Assembly: GCF_040938485.1 (NCBI RefSeq)
Contig: NW_027271834.1
Location: forward strand, 248,001-312,000
DNA from: Diadema antillarum
Taxonomy: Eukaryota
Length of the DNA: 64,000 bases
Reading direction: 5' to 3'
Positions 1 through 45,840 of the stretch are shown one piece after another. A program made the translations under genes and the position numbers. How positions within the stretch are numbered: position 1 is the stretch's first letter; each line of letters starts with the position of its first letter. Below the pieces are notes generated by a model. It was not told where the DNA came from and did not search any database. It was given only the letters and a program-made list of their open reading frames with translations.

Positions 1-650
1 ACCCCATCCTCCGTCTGAATGTCGGCGTGCTATATTATGTGTAACCAATATTATTTTTATTCAGGCACTATTCTTCAAGTGATCCATTAACCTTCGGACT
101 GAGACTGTGCACATAATCAGGGGTAATTATCCTGGCCTCACGTTCCTTGGAATGAAAGAGAAACTGCGAAGTTGATTACTGTTTTGTTCCGGAAGCTCAC
201 AAATGAATAGCTCAAGCTCTTTAGTTAAGTTCAACAAAGGTCAGGTATACTTACCAGGTAATAAATTGACTTGCTCATTTCATATTTACTCTAATGTCAT
301 GTTTGCCAAACACTCACAAAGAAGCCTAAGACAAAGCATGTTATCTCGATATGGAATGGATAGAAGAAGAAAAAACCCGATTGTCTCATTTACAGATACC
401 TGTAAGAGACACCTTAAACACGGGTGACTCGTTTTGCTCCTTTTACTGTACCTTGTCCGAGAATGATGTGTTTAGACATACGAATTGCAAACATATACAT
501 TTCACAGTAGGTCTATTCAACGACAAAGTACATGGTTGCATTCATCTCACCCCCCCCCCCTCTTTTTTTTTTTTTTTTATGGGCTTCTGTTGATGCTCAC
601 AACTTGGGCAATACCATAACCAGTGTCATCAAGTGCCAGAAACATCATTT

Positions 651-653
<3 letters not shown>

Positions 654-686
<33 letters not shown>
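654..686. repeat. (CT)n microsatellite
   Basis: Direct reading. Confidence 0.95.
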
Positions 687-690
<4 letters not shown>

Positions 691-2789
691 GTGTGTGTAC
701 CGTGTCTTTTTATTTTAATTCCTTACTTGAATCCTTGCTAATGTGAAATTGTGTGGAGCAAAATTCCACTTTCTAATGAACTCTTTTTTTACGGTTTCGA
801 ATTATCAAAAAGTCTTGATTTTTTTCCCTCCCAAATTTCCAAGTGTCTGGTTATTTTCTTCTGACTCATATAGATGGTCCACGAAATCATAAATGCAACA
901 AAGATATCTCTACTGAATCAAAGATTGTATTTTTTTTTTTTTTGCAGGAAAATTACCCAGGATCTGATGGGTTAAAGGGAGGCCTTGTTGATGGATAAAT
1001 CCGCGTCGTGTTTACCGAAATGAAGTAGATGAAAACATTGTTTCTGATACTCTTTCGTACATAATGATTGAAAGAATATTATTAGGTAAGTATCAGCAGC
1101 AAATTAACCTTTTCTAGCCAAAATGTAGTATTGAGGGTGGCAGCAGCAGCAGCAGCAGCAGTAGCCGTGTGTTTAGAAATAATAGTCGTTGCTGTTATGA
1201 AGTTGTCTCACTATCTAGGACAGTAAAGAAGGTATGTCATAGAATTATTAGTAGCAAGAGCGAAAGAACTAGAAAGAATTGAAAGAGGATTTGAAGGGAG
1301 AAGTAGGCGGACAAGGAGTACAAAGCAGGGTTATAGGAAAGGAATAGAGGGCGGAATAGGAAGGGGGAAGTGGTCAGGTGGTGGACATGGTGGAGGAGGG
1401 GAAAAAGACGGGGAAATATATTGACTGAGAAACGAAAAGAAGGAGGAGACTAGGAGACTATGAAAGAGATCAAAGAAACAAACTCGTTTATTCAGCATGT
1501 TCAGAAAAACAAACATTCTCCTGGAAAGAAATCTGGGTGACACTCCGACAGAAAAGTATAAGTCATGAATTGCCAGAAATGAATGATTTGTCAGAAATTG
1601 AAATTTCCTGATAACTCAACTCTTCGTGGATCAACACTAAATCTGTCATTTTAGGGGTAGGGTTGGAGAACACAAGAATCGAGTTCAGCAATTGACGTCA
1701 TAATGACATAATTTACCATCTAATAAAAACGCACAAAAACAAAATAAAAGACAGAGAAGGCTATTGCAAAGGCAGAGATCTGCAAATATATCAGTGCCCA
1801 TACACATAAACCTATATTTGGACAAATGAAATCTGTCAACACATTAACTATAATAGTTACGTGACACTTGCAGGGCCCACCTGCAACTTATTTAACAACT
1901 AAGTTGATGCAAGATACAGTATCAGAGGAAATTACCCATTGACTCTCTTGATTTAGTTTTGTATCAATATTCTGCTGTGTAACGAATGAACCAGACACTT
2001 CACCACTGTGTCAATACAACGTTATGACTACGTTCTGTATTGTGATAACCAGAGAGAACTGGTCGTGAACTATAATGATTTAGGTCACTATACACTGCTG
2101 TATGGTGCATGTGTGTAAACAAGACGTTAAACCTACGTTTTGCCGTAGGAGTCTGAAGTTCGGTTGCCACCTACTGTTAGCAAATATGACGTTATGCTTA
2201 CGTTCGATACCTCAAAATCGGAATCTGGCCCGGAAATAACAACTTGAAAGTATCAAATATGGATCGAGTAAGAGAAAAGGGTTATGAAAGTTGTATAAGC
2301 GAGTTGCAATGAGCCCAGATTACTATCAACTCTCGCACTTTTGCTCCTCAAAAGAAAAATGTAATCAACAACAAAAAACTAATCCACCCGATTCAATTCA
2401 AATGAAATTTTGTTTACAAAAACACATTTTTGTTGTCGATACAAGTTCAAGGGAAAGAAAAGCATACCAAGAAACACAGAAAAAATACACGTAGATTACA
2501 TTACGCTGCCCTTCAAAGACATATAGACAAATGTACACGCACATTCACACTCATACAAACACACAAACCTGGAGACACACAGACACCAACACTCTGACAC
2601 AATTCCATAGTGCCACGAAATCATTCGTATATAAGCAGCCGAGTAATGGCGGGATTGGGAGAAGTGAGTGTGAACGACGAGTAGATGGGCCCGCGTCTGA
2701 GAGAAGCTGCATGTAACTCTGATAAAGCAAATGGATGAATTTATCTACATCATTTAAAGCTCGAAGGTGGATGTACCACAAAAAATATC

Positions 2790-3090
2790 TGTTACAGTAC
2801 GTTATTCCGAAGTTTCGTTGGTACGCATCTTGGCAAAAATGAATCCTTTATTTTCAGAGTAACGAACCTTCGGAAAAATAAACCTTTCATTTTGGATTGA
2901 CGAACCGTTGGAATAACGAGCCTTATTCCATTTTCATATTAACGAACCGTCGGAATAACGAACCTTGGGAATACCCCCTCAAACTTTCGGATTAATGAAC
3001 TCTTTTTTCATATTCGGATTAACAAAAATCTGTATTTGGGGAATTTGTGTGTTGCAGAACAACTTACCTTCGGAATGACGAACATCACCT
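2790..3090. mobile_element. Degenerate, internally deleted copy of the TTCGTTATTCCGAAGG foldback element family
   Basis: Ends GTTACAGTACGTTATTCCGAAG and CTTCGGAATGACGAACATCACC resemble the ends of the 45380-45840 copy. It has many AACGAACC(T/G)TCGGAAT units; no intact TSD. Confidence 0.7.
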
Positions 3091-4149
3091 AATAGCTACT
3101 TACAAACTGAAATCAATGATACAAAGGATACACTAATTGCTAATTGAAAGATGATTTGAACGTTAAAGTCTTCAAGAAGGTTACAGGTATCTTGACTACC
3201 AATTGGTCATCTACCAAGATATTCAACAGGGAACAATATATTCTGATCACATGACTCTGGCGCGTTTTGGCGTAACACTCTTGATGTTTACACCAGAAAT
3301 CTTTCGTCATTCTGGCACTAACAACCCCATATCTTTCAAATAAATGATGTATGACTTTCAATAAAGAAGTGCTGTTGGTTAATTCTAAGGATCTAAAGAT
3401 TAGGTTTAAAGAAAAGTCACTACATTTCAGAGGTGCTTAGGGGCTCATGGGCCACAAGCAAATCAAAAGTAATACCCAGTGAATATGATTGAACATTATG
3501 ACCCAGTCGTCGATCCCTGTCCATGTTACCACTTTGGCCAATTTCGAGTAGTTAGAAAAGTTTACTTAATTATTGTTGTTGTCTTTTTCATACCCTACCT
3601 AGAGGTAACCTTTTTTTTTCTCTCTGGGACATTTCCCATTTGTAGTCTGGAATATGTTGATTTTGCATCCGATGTCTATATCGTAGTGGATGTCTTGATA
3701 TTCTACCATAATTTCATGAAATGGAGTATCAGCTTACTCATCCCTGCAATGAAATGGAACAGAAAAAAACAAGAAGTTAGACAAAAAATAATGAATTACA
3801 AATACAGGCAGGTTAACAGCAAGACTCTTTGATCAGTACATTTGTATTTGTTCTACTGTATGTCTGATAGTGGCAACGTAAGGGCTACGTAAAATTTGCC
3901 GATGTAGCAAAAACTAGCACTGACTGTCCACCTTGTATTTTCTCTCTTCCTTTCTCCCATCAATTCGCTGTCTATTTCCTTCTGTTTTTTTTTTCTCTCT
4001 CTCGATATCTCCATATATTTCTTTCTTTCCCACACGCGCACCTTTTCCCTTTGTACTCATATATAGGACTTTAACCTCTGATACCCTGGAACAGTAACAA
4101 CTAGGGTATATGTGCAGAAAATTGCACCCAAACGATGATCCCTCAAGTG

Positions 4150-4157
4150 TATAAATA
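4150..4157 (+). promoter_or_regulatory. TATA box of PTGR1-A
   Basis: TATAAATA followed by GGGC, 116 bp upstream of the ATG at 4266. Confidence 0.55.
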
Positions 4158-4265
4158 GGGCAGATAGGTTGATTGTTGCGGTAGTTCTAAACACGAGCTC
4201 GCAGCTTCACCAGTCGCTCTATTTTCCCGGTTGTTCTCGACCACCTTTTACACCTGTCTGCCACA

Positions 4266-12283
<8,018 letters not shown>

Positions 12284-12335
12284 CGACCTCAGACCTCAAC
12301 TTTGAAATTCTCTTTGAAAACGTAGCAGTGTCGAA

Positions 12336-12341
12336 AATAAA
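12336..12341 (+). promoter_or_regulatory. Candidate polyadenylation signal of PTGR1-A
   Basis: AATAAA 53 nt after the stop; further AATAAA hexamers near 12901 and 12930. Confidence 0.35.
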
Positions 12342-12729
12342 CATATGGATTGATTGCTTTACATACTCGTTTTACATGATGCAAGATTTCCTTGATATTT
12401 TAACACCGTAATGAAGGTGGGAGATGGCGTCATGACTTTACATCATTATTTATTTCGCTCTTTTGTCTACATTGTGTAGCTGAAAGAAAGGAGGGTATCT
12501 TTTTTATTTCACTACAAACTGTTTAAATGCAAAACATAGTTGTATTTTGGGATGAATTCATCTTAATGTCGATATTCTGATTGTCGTGGAATTCAGCATT
12601 TATATCTTTATTCTTTTTGGGCGCAAGACCATGTAAGACTGTGAAATCTGCTCAAGGTCTTTGTTATTATGCTTCATAGAAACTGAGCATTATATTTTAA
12701 TATAACATTTTATATAATAATCATTCACA

Positions 12730-12767
12730 ATTATCATCATTATTATCATCATTATTATTATTATTAT

Positions 12768-12799
<32 letters not shown>

Positions 12800-12806
12800 C
12801 TATTAT
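12730..12806. repeat. (ATT/ATC)n microsatellite downstream of PTGR1-A
   Basis: Direct reading. Confidence 0.95.
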
Positions 12807-14338
12807 TTCTTTCTTTGTCAACCTTCAATCCATGGAACGTGGCCCACTGTCACGACTGTCTCCTTCTTAACAACTCTCTATATGTTGCGTACTAGCGAGA
12901 AATAAATACGAAGCTCCTTTCTGAGCAGCAATAAACCATTAATACTGATTAGTCTAATTTGGAAGTCGATAGGGACACCAAATTATCATGAATCTATTGC
13001 TTTTGCACAATACCATCGTATAAGCAACAACAACAAAAAAGGACTCCCGAACTATCTCTCATACATCTTTTTATCTCTCCAGTCTTTGTGGGTTGATCTA
13101 TCTATACTAACAAAAGGAAAATGGTAAAACTATGAATTGTGTCATATATTGTGAACTTCACAAAGCTGTAAAATATTAAATGAGATTCATTCAAATGTGT
13201 TACAACATGTGAGCACTGGGAGTATCAGCTCTGAAATTATTATTGAATAAACTAAAATGATGTGATTTTTTAAAGAGATTTTGAATACTATCGACAGGTC
13301 GATAGGTTAACGATATGGTTATGAAGAGTAGGCCTATAGGTTGAAACAGAAAAGACTACATGAAAAACAAAGTTTCAAATTGTAATCAAAATAAAGAAAG
13401 ACGATGATCAATGGATAGAGCACCATGCATGACCACATCATTTACATCAAGATTGCGTCGGTAACTGTTTGTCGTTGGAGGTTTACACAGACAGACAAGC
13501 CTGAAAAATTTGGTCCACTCCAAAGCACCTCAAATGGTTTAAATGAAATCCTGAAACAAGCACTTTTGTCTATTTGCCAATTGATTGCCAGTGTAAAAAA
13601 GAATTGCTTTGACCTCGAAAAGCAACTGGATATGACATTGGTGTATAGTAAATACGGCTCAAATTTGCTCGTGAATGTCGTAGGGTCCTAGGGGCTGTGA
13701 GTATTCAATCCGCGAATATCTAATACGCGGTTTCCCCATCAGCTCCGTTCACAGTACACTGCACTATTATGCGGTTTTGCTGGGTTATCACCAATGATCA
13801 TTGTTGATCAGAAGCATACAGTGGATAGCGATGCCATGAGAATCTTAATAAAGTGTTATACTTTGGTCAATTCTCACGTTCGTTTCGTTTCTCTATTTTC
13901 ATACATGACTTATTTTCACCTAAGAATAAGTTTCCCCCGGCCCCTTCCACGAAAGATACAAACAGACGCCACAGACGTTCCAGTCTGTGGGTGTGCGTGA
14001 GCCTATGTGTATGTGTGTGCGTGTGTGTGTGTTTCGCTGTGGATGTATCTCTGTATTTGATCGTTTTTATCTTTAAACTATTTTGTATCATATTTTTACA
14101 TCTGTAGATCAATTGTCACTTACTCACAATCAATTGACAGTGGACAATATTGTAGGCATGGTTTAGTGCGTAAGAAGTGTACTTGTCTGCAAAATGAGTG
14201 TCTATGTGCTTTTTACGTGTGTGTGTGTCTGTGTGTTTTCGATAACGCGCCAAAAAAAGAAAGAATATGGCATAGCATTCTGAGAGGGTCTCTTTAAACC
14301 TCTGAAACCTCTATAAAATGATCGTGCGTGTATGTGAC

Positions 14339-14373
<35 letters not shown>

Positions 14374-14392
14374 CTGTCTTCTCTAATTTTAA

Positions 14393-14848
14393 AGGGATGT
14401 TATACAGTTTGGGTTGGGATAAAGATTCAGGTCTTAAATTTTTGGTGGTTCCCGCTTTTTAAAGGAAACCAAAACCCAAAGAGAAATGTGGATTTGAGTG
14501 AAAGTAGTAACACTAGTAAAACACAACAGTGAAAGTTTGAGGAAAATCGGAGAGTCGATGCAAAAGTTATGAATTTTTAAAGTTTTGGTGTTGGAACCTC
14601 TGGATGAGGAGACTACTAGAGGTTATGACGTCATGTCTGGACAACAATATAAAGAAAATATAACGGGAATTCCACAAAAAACAACAACACTTTTCTAGCA
14701 TAATGAAAGAGCACTTGACTAGTGATTTGGGAATAATTGCTACCCTTAACTTCTATGTCAGTATCAAGTTGATGATGGGATGTGCAATTTTCATGAAAAA
14801 TGAATTTTTGTGGAATTCGATGTTGACACCGGTTTCTGAAGGTTTCCT
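14393..14848. mobile_element. Adjacent Kolobok-like fragments (family 2 stub plus TTAA|AGGAAACC element)
   Basis: TTAA|AGGGATG stub at 14393, then TTAA|AGGAAACC at 14463 ending GGTTTCCT at 14848. Its internal GTGAAAGTTTGAGGAAAATCGG...CAAAAGTTATGAATTTTTAAAG resembles 56915-57494. Confidence 0.55.
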
Positions 14849-15137
14849 GTATCAAAAAGAATTAGCGGGTCAAAAGTCTCAGTCAATCACTTTACGATAT
14901 CATGTATAATCACTTATCGCTGAGAGCCCACCTGCTCTGTTTACAGAGCAATGGAACCTTGTACAATGCTGTATAATGGGCTGACAGAGCTGTACAGTGA
15001 ATCAATGGTGCTGTGTTTGTTGGCAGTGCTCCTTGCACCGCAGTAATCATGGTAATAGGCAGTTTCTGGTGTGAAATGGAAGGAGCACGATAAGGGACTT
15101 AGGTATACACGTGAAGACAAGCTGATGTCAACGCAGA

Positions 15138-27920
<12,783 letters not shown>

Positions 27921-30900
27921 AATGTCCAGCTGCTGCCTCATGATTTGTTGGCAAAAAACTCCACCCAAGATAATTTTGTCAATACGGATGTATACTTTCA
28001 TTATTCTTTCTTCAGGAATAGGGACAACGTTCAGTCTGCACTGCAGATATCTTATTCTTTACTGTGATACACTTTTGTATACCCAATGCTAAAAACGTAA
28101 ATACCATACTAAAATCGATCCCCTTTCAGTAGGTTTCTCCCATCACTGCCCATCAAATTGAGTAAGATTCAGTTGTGATTGGACATATACTTTAATATGT
28201 TTCGTTTCCCCGCTACATCAACGTCATATTTTAAGACTGCCTCTTAGGTCGTATTTGCTTCTTTTAAGAATGGTAATCTCGTATTGTAATTGTCTATTGT
28301 ACAGCCGTATTAATGTGTCTTAATCATAATCAGTCAATGATTTTAATTTCGATTTCAATTTCAATTTCAATATATTTTCATATTTCTCACAAATAGGACA
28401 GAAAAAAACGTAATTATACAGCACAAAAACTATGCAAGGCAAAGATTAGATGAAACTCCACCGGAATGTTCAACAGTTTGTCTCAGTATAAACACAAGAC
28501 CTGTATTCATTAAAGTTGAGCTATGGTCATAAATGCGAAAAATGTTCCAAGCTTTGGTTTGTGTTTATTTTGTGGCGTATTCATGCATGAGAAAATAAAT
28601 GTGAAATTTGTAAATGTAAATCATTGTGAATGAAAATCTTAAAATCTGTGTCTACAGCATACTGAATATCATAAATATGTAGCAGGAGATCGATGTAATT
28701 GGGCAGATGTTGGGTGCATCTCCCTGTTTAAAATGTAAAACGTTTGGAGTGAGGAAACAACTGAACTACAAACATTGTTTTGAAACATTTTGCCTGGTCT
28801 AAATCGGACAAAGGATATACAAGACAATGCAATGAGAAGCCTAATGCACGCAATGCACCCAGCGGCTCACCCGCATTAAGAAATCTTGGAGGTACATTGT
28901 AATGGCCAGTCCCAAGATGGTGAACAAGTAACACTTTAGTGACTCCATGATCATTTCCAACAGTTTCGGCTCATTAATGATGGATTATCGTCAGAAGAAG
29001 CTATCACTGTACGTACGTTCATGAGAAACGAAAATTTGCGAAGATTCTGAGCTCTCGCTCTCGTCGTTCGCGCATATAAATGTGTATAAATAAATGTTTC
29101 TGAAAAGATAATGCACGACAATGTGACTTCTCTTATCTTAAGTCAATAATAGCGTAATACAAAATTTAGTTTTAAACATTTCTTTTTTTTTCACAGAGAA
29201 ATTTTATTCACCTAAACGTTCAGGTACAAAATAGATGTCACATACAATACATAAAGACAAATAATACAAAATTGGCAGGCAGCTTAATAATAGAAATAGG
29301 ATTCCAACTGATATTAGATACAAAACCTTTAGTTTCTTTTTCAGACATATTCGTCTACTTTCTTCGCTTTTTTATTTCTTACAGAAAATATAAAGTATTT
29401 TGCATACAAATAAACCACGTTGTAACACTGGATTTTCTGTGGAACCAAGTATAAAAGCACTTCTAGTAATTTGAGTTTGATTTTGTAACATAATTTCCTG
29501 TATTTGAGCAATAAACCATTGAGTAACATCGCATTCCAAAACAAAAGTGCAATTGTTTCTGTGGAGCTCAAACAAAACGCACAGAGGTCTGTTTAGTTAT
29601 AAGTCCCATTGCAAAAAGTAATTTATTAACACCAATATTCTTATGCAGAATTTTATACTGAAAATAACGAAGTCTTTGATTCATTGTAGATAGGTAATAT
29701 TTTAGTTCAACATTTATTCCCACTTCCCTTGAGATTTAGGTGGTTAAAATACACTATTACATAACATTTCCTGTATATATATATCGACATATCTTGGTTC
29801 TTTTGAAGAAATTATATAACGTATCTTCTTGTTGCGTTTTTATTTCATGATCATTTACTGATTTTTTATTCAATATATTTTTCCATTCCAAGGGGATTGC
29901 ATGAATAACTGAGAAATACTCTAAAAAATAACAACAAATTATAACACTATATTTAGCCCGAAACTGTTCAAAACTTTAAAAAGATAAACCATCCTCACTC
30001 AATAGTTGTTCAATCTTTGATATACCCCTTTGGAACATTGCTTTCTGAAAAACGATCTCATTACTTACACGAATTGATGAATTAAATCAGACTAACTGTT
30101 TTTTTTTTACTTGTTCTACGGATAAATTAGAGGATAGATTAGTGGAAGGTGAAACGCGTCACCTTGGTGAGTAGGATGACTGTGAATTAAGTCATTTTTT
30201 TTAACATGAAAGTAAAAACATCCGGTAGCTTCTTGGTGGAAAAATGATACATAAATATGCCGACGTTCTAACTGAATAAATATGATGTTTTTAGTATTTG
30301 TAGTTAGTCATTAGTATTGGTTGATATTGCTACCGGAACATTTTTGAATACGGAACATCACAACAAGTAGATTTCTAGTTGCATTCCCCAATATACAAGG
30401 TACCATAATGAAGATACGGAGTAATCAAGGCATAATAAAGATTAGCCAAAATTTGACTACAAAAAAAATATTCTTAAGTTTATTAAGAACACCCGTGTTT
30501 CTAGAGAGAATATTCCTTAAATAACTAACATGGGATTTCCAAGATAAATAATCACTATTAATGAAAAGCCCCCCCCCCCCTCAAAAAACTTTATGATTAA
30601 CTTGATTTTAGAATAATTTGATTTCATTGAACTTAATATGAAGGGGAAGATTTTAAAGATTGTTGCTAAAATGCATGCAAAATGTACAATGAGTTTTATC
30701 TGTATCAATTTTACAGAAAGATCTGTGAACTGAGATTTCTATCTATCATTTACCTAATCTACAAGAATAAGGTAACTTAATCACTATGTTTTTAGGTGGA
30801 GCAGCAGCACCACAGAAATTCACTGTCACGTGATAAATTACACATTACTTTGTAGCAAATGTAAACATTAATTTTGAACATATGTATAATACAGATACAA

Positions 30901-32285
30901 AAAAAAATGATTTTACTTTCTATGTGATAATTGCAAGTTTCAAATGGAACTCGCCTCATGGTAAACATCAACTGCCATGCAGCGTTGGTAAAGATAAGAG
31001 GACAAGCAAACAGAAAAAAAGAGAATAGCATTAAATTTTCATCTCATGTGCTTGAGGTGACGAAAATACACCATTATGCTAAAAAAATATATCCCTCTAA
31101 TAGGCTGTCTGTTTGGCAACAAAACTGATGGTGAAAAGTGTCTCTCGAAACAAGGACACCCTCCTATATTTTAACATTTAAATGTTTTAATTTGTATACT
31201 TTATAGGCTACATAAGAAATATTTTTTAATGAAAAGTTTGTTGAATATTTCTGAATGAATATCACATGTTAATCATTTACTGATATGTATGAATAATTGT
31301 GAGATAAAATCATTACTGGCGGCCATTTTGCACGCCATTTGTTAGGAAGAGCACGAGCACTTTAATCGGTACTTGCGTGCTTCAACATCTATCAATATGA
31401 TTTTTATTGTGTTCTTCATGCTTCAAAACATATAGGTCCTATTTGGATAGACATTTACATTTTGTATTTGGGTTACCTGATAGAAAAGTTATAAAAAATT
31501 CAGGAACGTGATGGCGGTCACTTTGGACGCCATCTTGAATTGCGAAAAACGCTCAAGGAGGATTTATTTTCAATGAGGACATTTTTGTTATTCTAGGCAT
31601 ATTCCTGGACCTATCCTGAAAAAAAAAATCAGCTTGCATGTTACGAGAAATGTCCAGGTTTAAGCCTATTTTTACCTAGTGCTCTTGGACTACTTTTCCG
31701 AAATTGTGAGATTTAAATATATGCTTCATTGTTATTATATTTAATTACATATTATTATGTTAACCGAGAGAATAAGCTATACAAACTTTTAGCTAAAGAT
31801 CACACTGTTATAACAGACAACTTCAAGATCAGAAAGGAAGACAAATGAAACGCTGACAGTCCTTGAACTCTTTTCCCCCTTCTTTTCTTTTTCTCGCTCC
31901 CTCCTCTTCGTTTTTCACGTTGTGCAGTAATCTATCACTACCGCGAATCTATGAAAATGCCGATTTTGACAATTGTTTTATATCGAAGCTATTCTGAATC
32001 AAAAAGAATAGCGGGGTCAAAAGTCTATGTTCATCGCTTCACGATAAGCATTTTTCCGCAGAGAGCCCACGCGCTCTGTTTACAGAGCAATGGAACCGTG
32101 TATAACCCAGTATACTCTGCTGACAACTAGAGCTGTATAGATCGAGTGAACCATGGGTGCTGTGTTTGTTGACAGTGCTCCTTGCACCGCAGTAGGCAGT
32201 TTCTGGTGTGAAACAGAAGGGGCACAACGCGTTGATTCAGAGACCCCAAAGTATACACGTCAAGACAAGTTGATACCAGCGCAGA

Positions 32286-42989
<10,704 letters not shown>

Positions 42990-44465
42990 AGGGCCCGTCC
43001 AGCTGCTGCCTCATGGCTTGTAAGCAGCCATGGAGAAAACTACACGCAGGATAATTATACCACAACAGATGTACTTCATTGTTCTTTATTCAGCAATAAG
43101 TACAGCGAATGCAGTCTGCACTTAGGAAACTTAACTTCTTTTTAGAATAGAATATATATTTGTCTACTTTTAAAACGACGCTTAAAATTTGAATACCCAT
43201 ACTAAATTTGTTGTTGATTGCTAAGACTTTCATCCCCCCCCCCTCCGATATATTTCATGAACAATGTATTCAAATACGTCATACCTTAAGATTATATCTG
43301 CTAGGTTGTATGTATTTGCTTCTTTTTTTTTTTAAAGACAGGTAATCTCTCATTGTAATTGTCTTTTGTGCAATTGTATTATTGTGCCTTAATTATACTC
43401 ATTCAATGGCATATGGAAAGGTTGTCTCTTTTAATACACACAGAACACGCGCGCGCGCACCCTGTGTTATAACCTATGGAGACGCACAAGCAAAACCCGA
43501 CTTACTGTCATTAATGGAAAAATATCATAAAGTAAGTAATGTCCGTGGACTTGTGGCTAGCGGTTTTCTAGTCTTAGGACATTTTTCTGTAGAATACTAA
43601 AATTAGAAGATAAATGGACTTCTAATAACGTCGGACTGGCTGCTCAAAAACAGCTTTGTGAGTTCACTACAGAATAACTGCCCCATAGGATTGTACACAC
43701 TTCCTGAAGTATTCGCCGTGTAATGCAGTGATACCTCCTTATATGAAAGGCTGTATCTCCGCAACCGAATGGTACATGAAGCTGTGGCTTCTACCATATT
43801 ACGCGCCAAAAAATTCTCTATCATATATGTCAAACTCATTGTGATTGGATTGTAGGTCTTGTCGGAATTGGCAAAAAACTGAGAAGGTCCCGTCCTCAAT
43901 CCAATCACAATCAGCGACTCAGAGAAGCTCATTATCATATGAAACATGACGTCACTGTTTATTCGTGGCTGCATTTGGACGAGTTATGATTTCATATACC
44001 GTGAGTTATAACGTAAATTGGATATGTATTTCTCATTTCTAAGTTTCCTGAAGTCAGTGGTGAACCCTTGTATTAACTGACCACCTACTGTACCAGTTAT
44101 GACTTTATATGTTGCTGAGAAGATATAGAAAACGGGAATTTTCTTCTTCGATGATGTTCGATGATCATATCTTTCTCGGCAAGCACATAATATATATACG
44201 CAGAGTGCACCATTGTGTAAAGGGGGTGAACGTGCCCAGGTAACCGCGAGTGGAGCATGAAGCACAGTGCAGTGTAGTGCCAGTGGAATTTGCAGTGGTC
44301 AACATTCCAACATGATTGTGAATCTACACTACAGCAGCTTTCAGTTTCTATTTGTGCATCTTTTAGAGTGTACTTGGGTTTTGCTATTAATTTACTGAAG
44401 TTGCTGCACATGACCAGAAAGCGACTGTCAGCAATATAAGATTGATACCTCAGTGAGTGTGTGCG

Positions 44466-44499
<34 letters not shown>

Positions 44500-45379
44500 A
44501 GTGTGTGGTCAGTTAAAAGCAGATAATGTAAACAATTTCATGAAAAGCATGTAATTCATGTTGTCAATGTAGATTTAACCCATATAATGCTATGTTTATG
44601 ACTGCCCCTGTATATGTTGTTTCTGCAGCATTTTACCCATATTCGACAATGGACCAGTCCGTATCACTGCTGTGTGCACGACGTGTGTGGCAGACCGTGT
44701 AGGCTCATGAATAATTCAAAACGTGCACCTTGGCGTTTTATGCGGGCAGCGTGCACTCTCAGCTGTAGAATGATTTTAGTAGACTTTTGGCCAAAAACCT
44801 TTCCATATGGTTCCAAGCGTCCCTGTGTTCATTATGTGGAATACTCATGCATGTGAAAACAAATGTAAATGTGTAAATGTGTGAATTATTGTGATTGAAA
44901 TCATTAAATCTGTGTCTACCGTAAAAATTATCATATGTTGGATGCACCTCCTCGCCCGCAATGTAAAAAAGTTTGGGAGAGCAAACAGCTGAAATACAAA
45001 CATTCATTTTGCTTTGAAACATTTTGCCTGTTACATAGATCGGACAAAGGATATACAAACAATGCAATGAAAAGTCAAGTCACATCAGTACAACATGTAT
45101 AGCAATCATTGGATGAAAATAAAATTTTGCCATTGTAACCTATACGCAAACGTGTTATCATTATGAATAAAAATAGTTCAGCCACAGTTTATCCCTCGCG
45201 TGGGAATGGTACGTGCAATTTCGAATTCATTGATTGTCATAGGATTCTCAGGGAGGTACTGTATGTCTTTTTACAGCGAAGTGTAGGTCCTAGTTTATCC
45301 CTGGGGTAAGACCATGGTGATTATTAACTCTTCATTCAATGCAACTAATGTTGCCTCACGACAAGAGAGTAGGACATAC

Positions 45380-45840
45380 GATTACAGTCCGTTATTCCGA
45401 AGGTTCGTTATTCCGAAGGTTTGTTACTCCGAAGATTCGTTATTCCGAAGGTTCGTTAATCCGAAAATGTAATAAGGTTTGTTATTCCGAAGGTTAATTA
45501 TTCTGAAAATGAAATAAGGTTCGTTACTCCGAAGGTTCGTTAATCCGTAAATGAAACAAAGCTCGTTATTCCGAAGGTTCGTTACGGACCCTATTTTATT
45601 GTCGGATCAACGAACCTTCGGAATAACAGACCCTATTTCATTTTCGGATTAACGAACCTTCGGAATAACGAACTCTATTTCATTTCGGATAAATGAGCCT
45701 TAGGAATAGCGAACCCTACTTCATTTTCGGATAAACGAACCTTCGGAATAAAGCCACAAATGTTCGGATTTACGAACCTCTCGGTATAGGGAATTTGTGT
45801 GTTTCGGATTAACGAACCTTCGGAATAACGAACAGCACCC
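45380..45840. mobile_element. Second copy of the same foldback family, inverted
   Basis: TSD GGACATAC at 45372-45379 and 45841-45848; its ends are the reverse complements of those of 41881-42414. Confidence 0.9.

Noticed and set aside
1140-1543. (CAG)n run and a proline/serine-rich ORF as coding sequence
   Set aside because: Simple purine-rich low-complexity DNA with no splice-compatible frame or motif.
3140-3440. Reverse-transcriptase remnant (LVDDQLVV)
   Set aside because: Only a vague resemblance to YxDD, with no other RT motifs.
14982-14990. Nrf2 antioxidant response element upstream of PTGR1-B (TGACAGAGC)
   Set aside because: It lacks the 5' purine of the RTGACnnnGC consensus and is not conserved in C.
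31320-31695. Defined transposon in the B-C intergenic region (GGCGGCCATTTTG motifs)
   Set aside because: It looks repeat-derived, but no matching second end or TSD was found, so it is not called.
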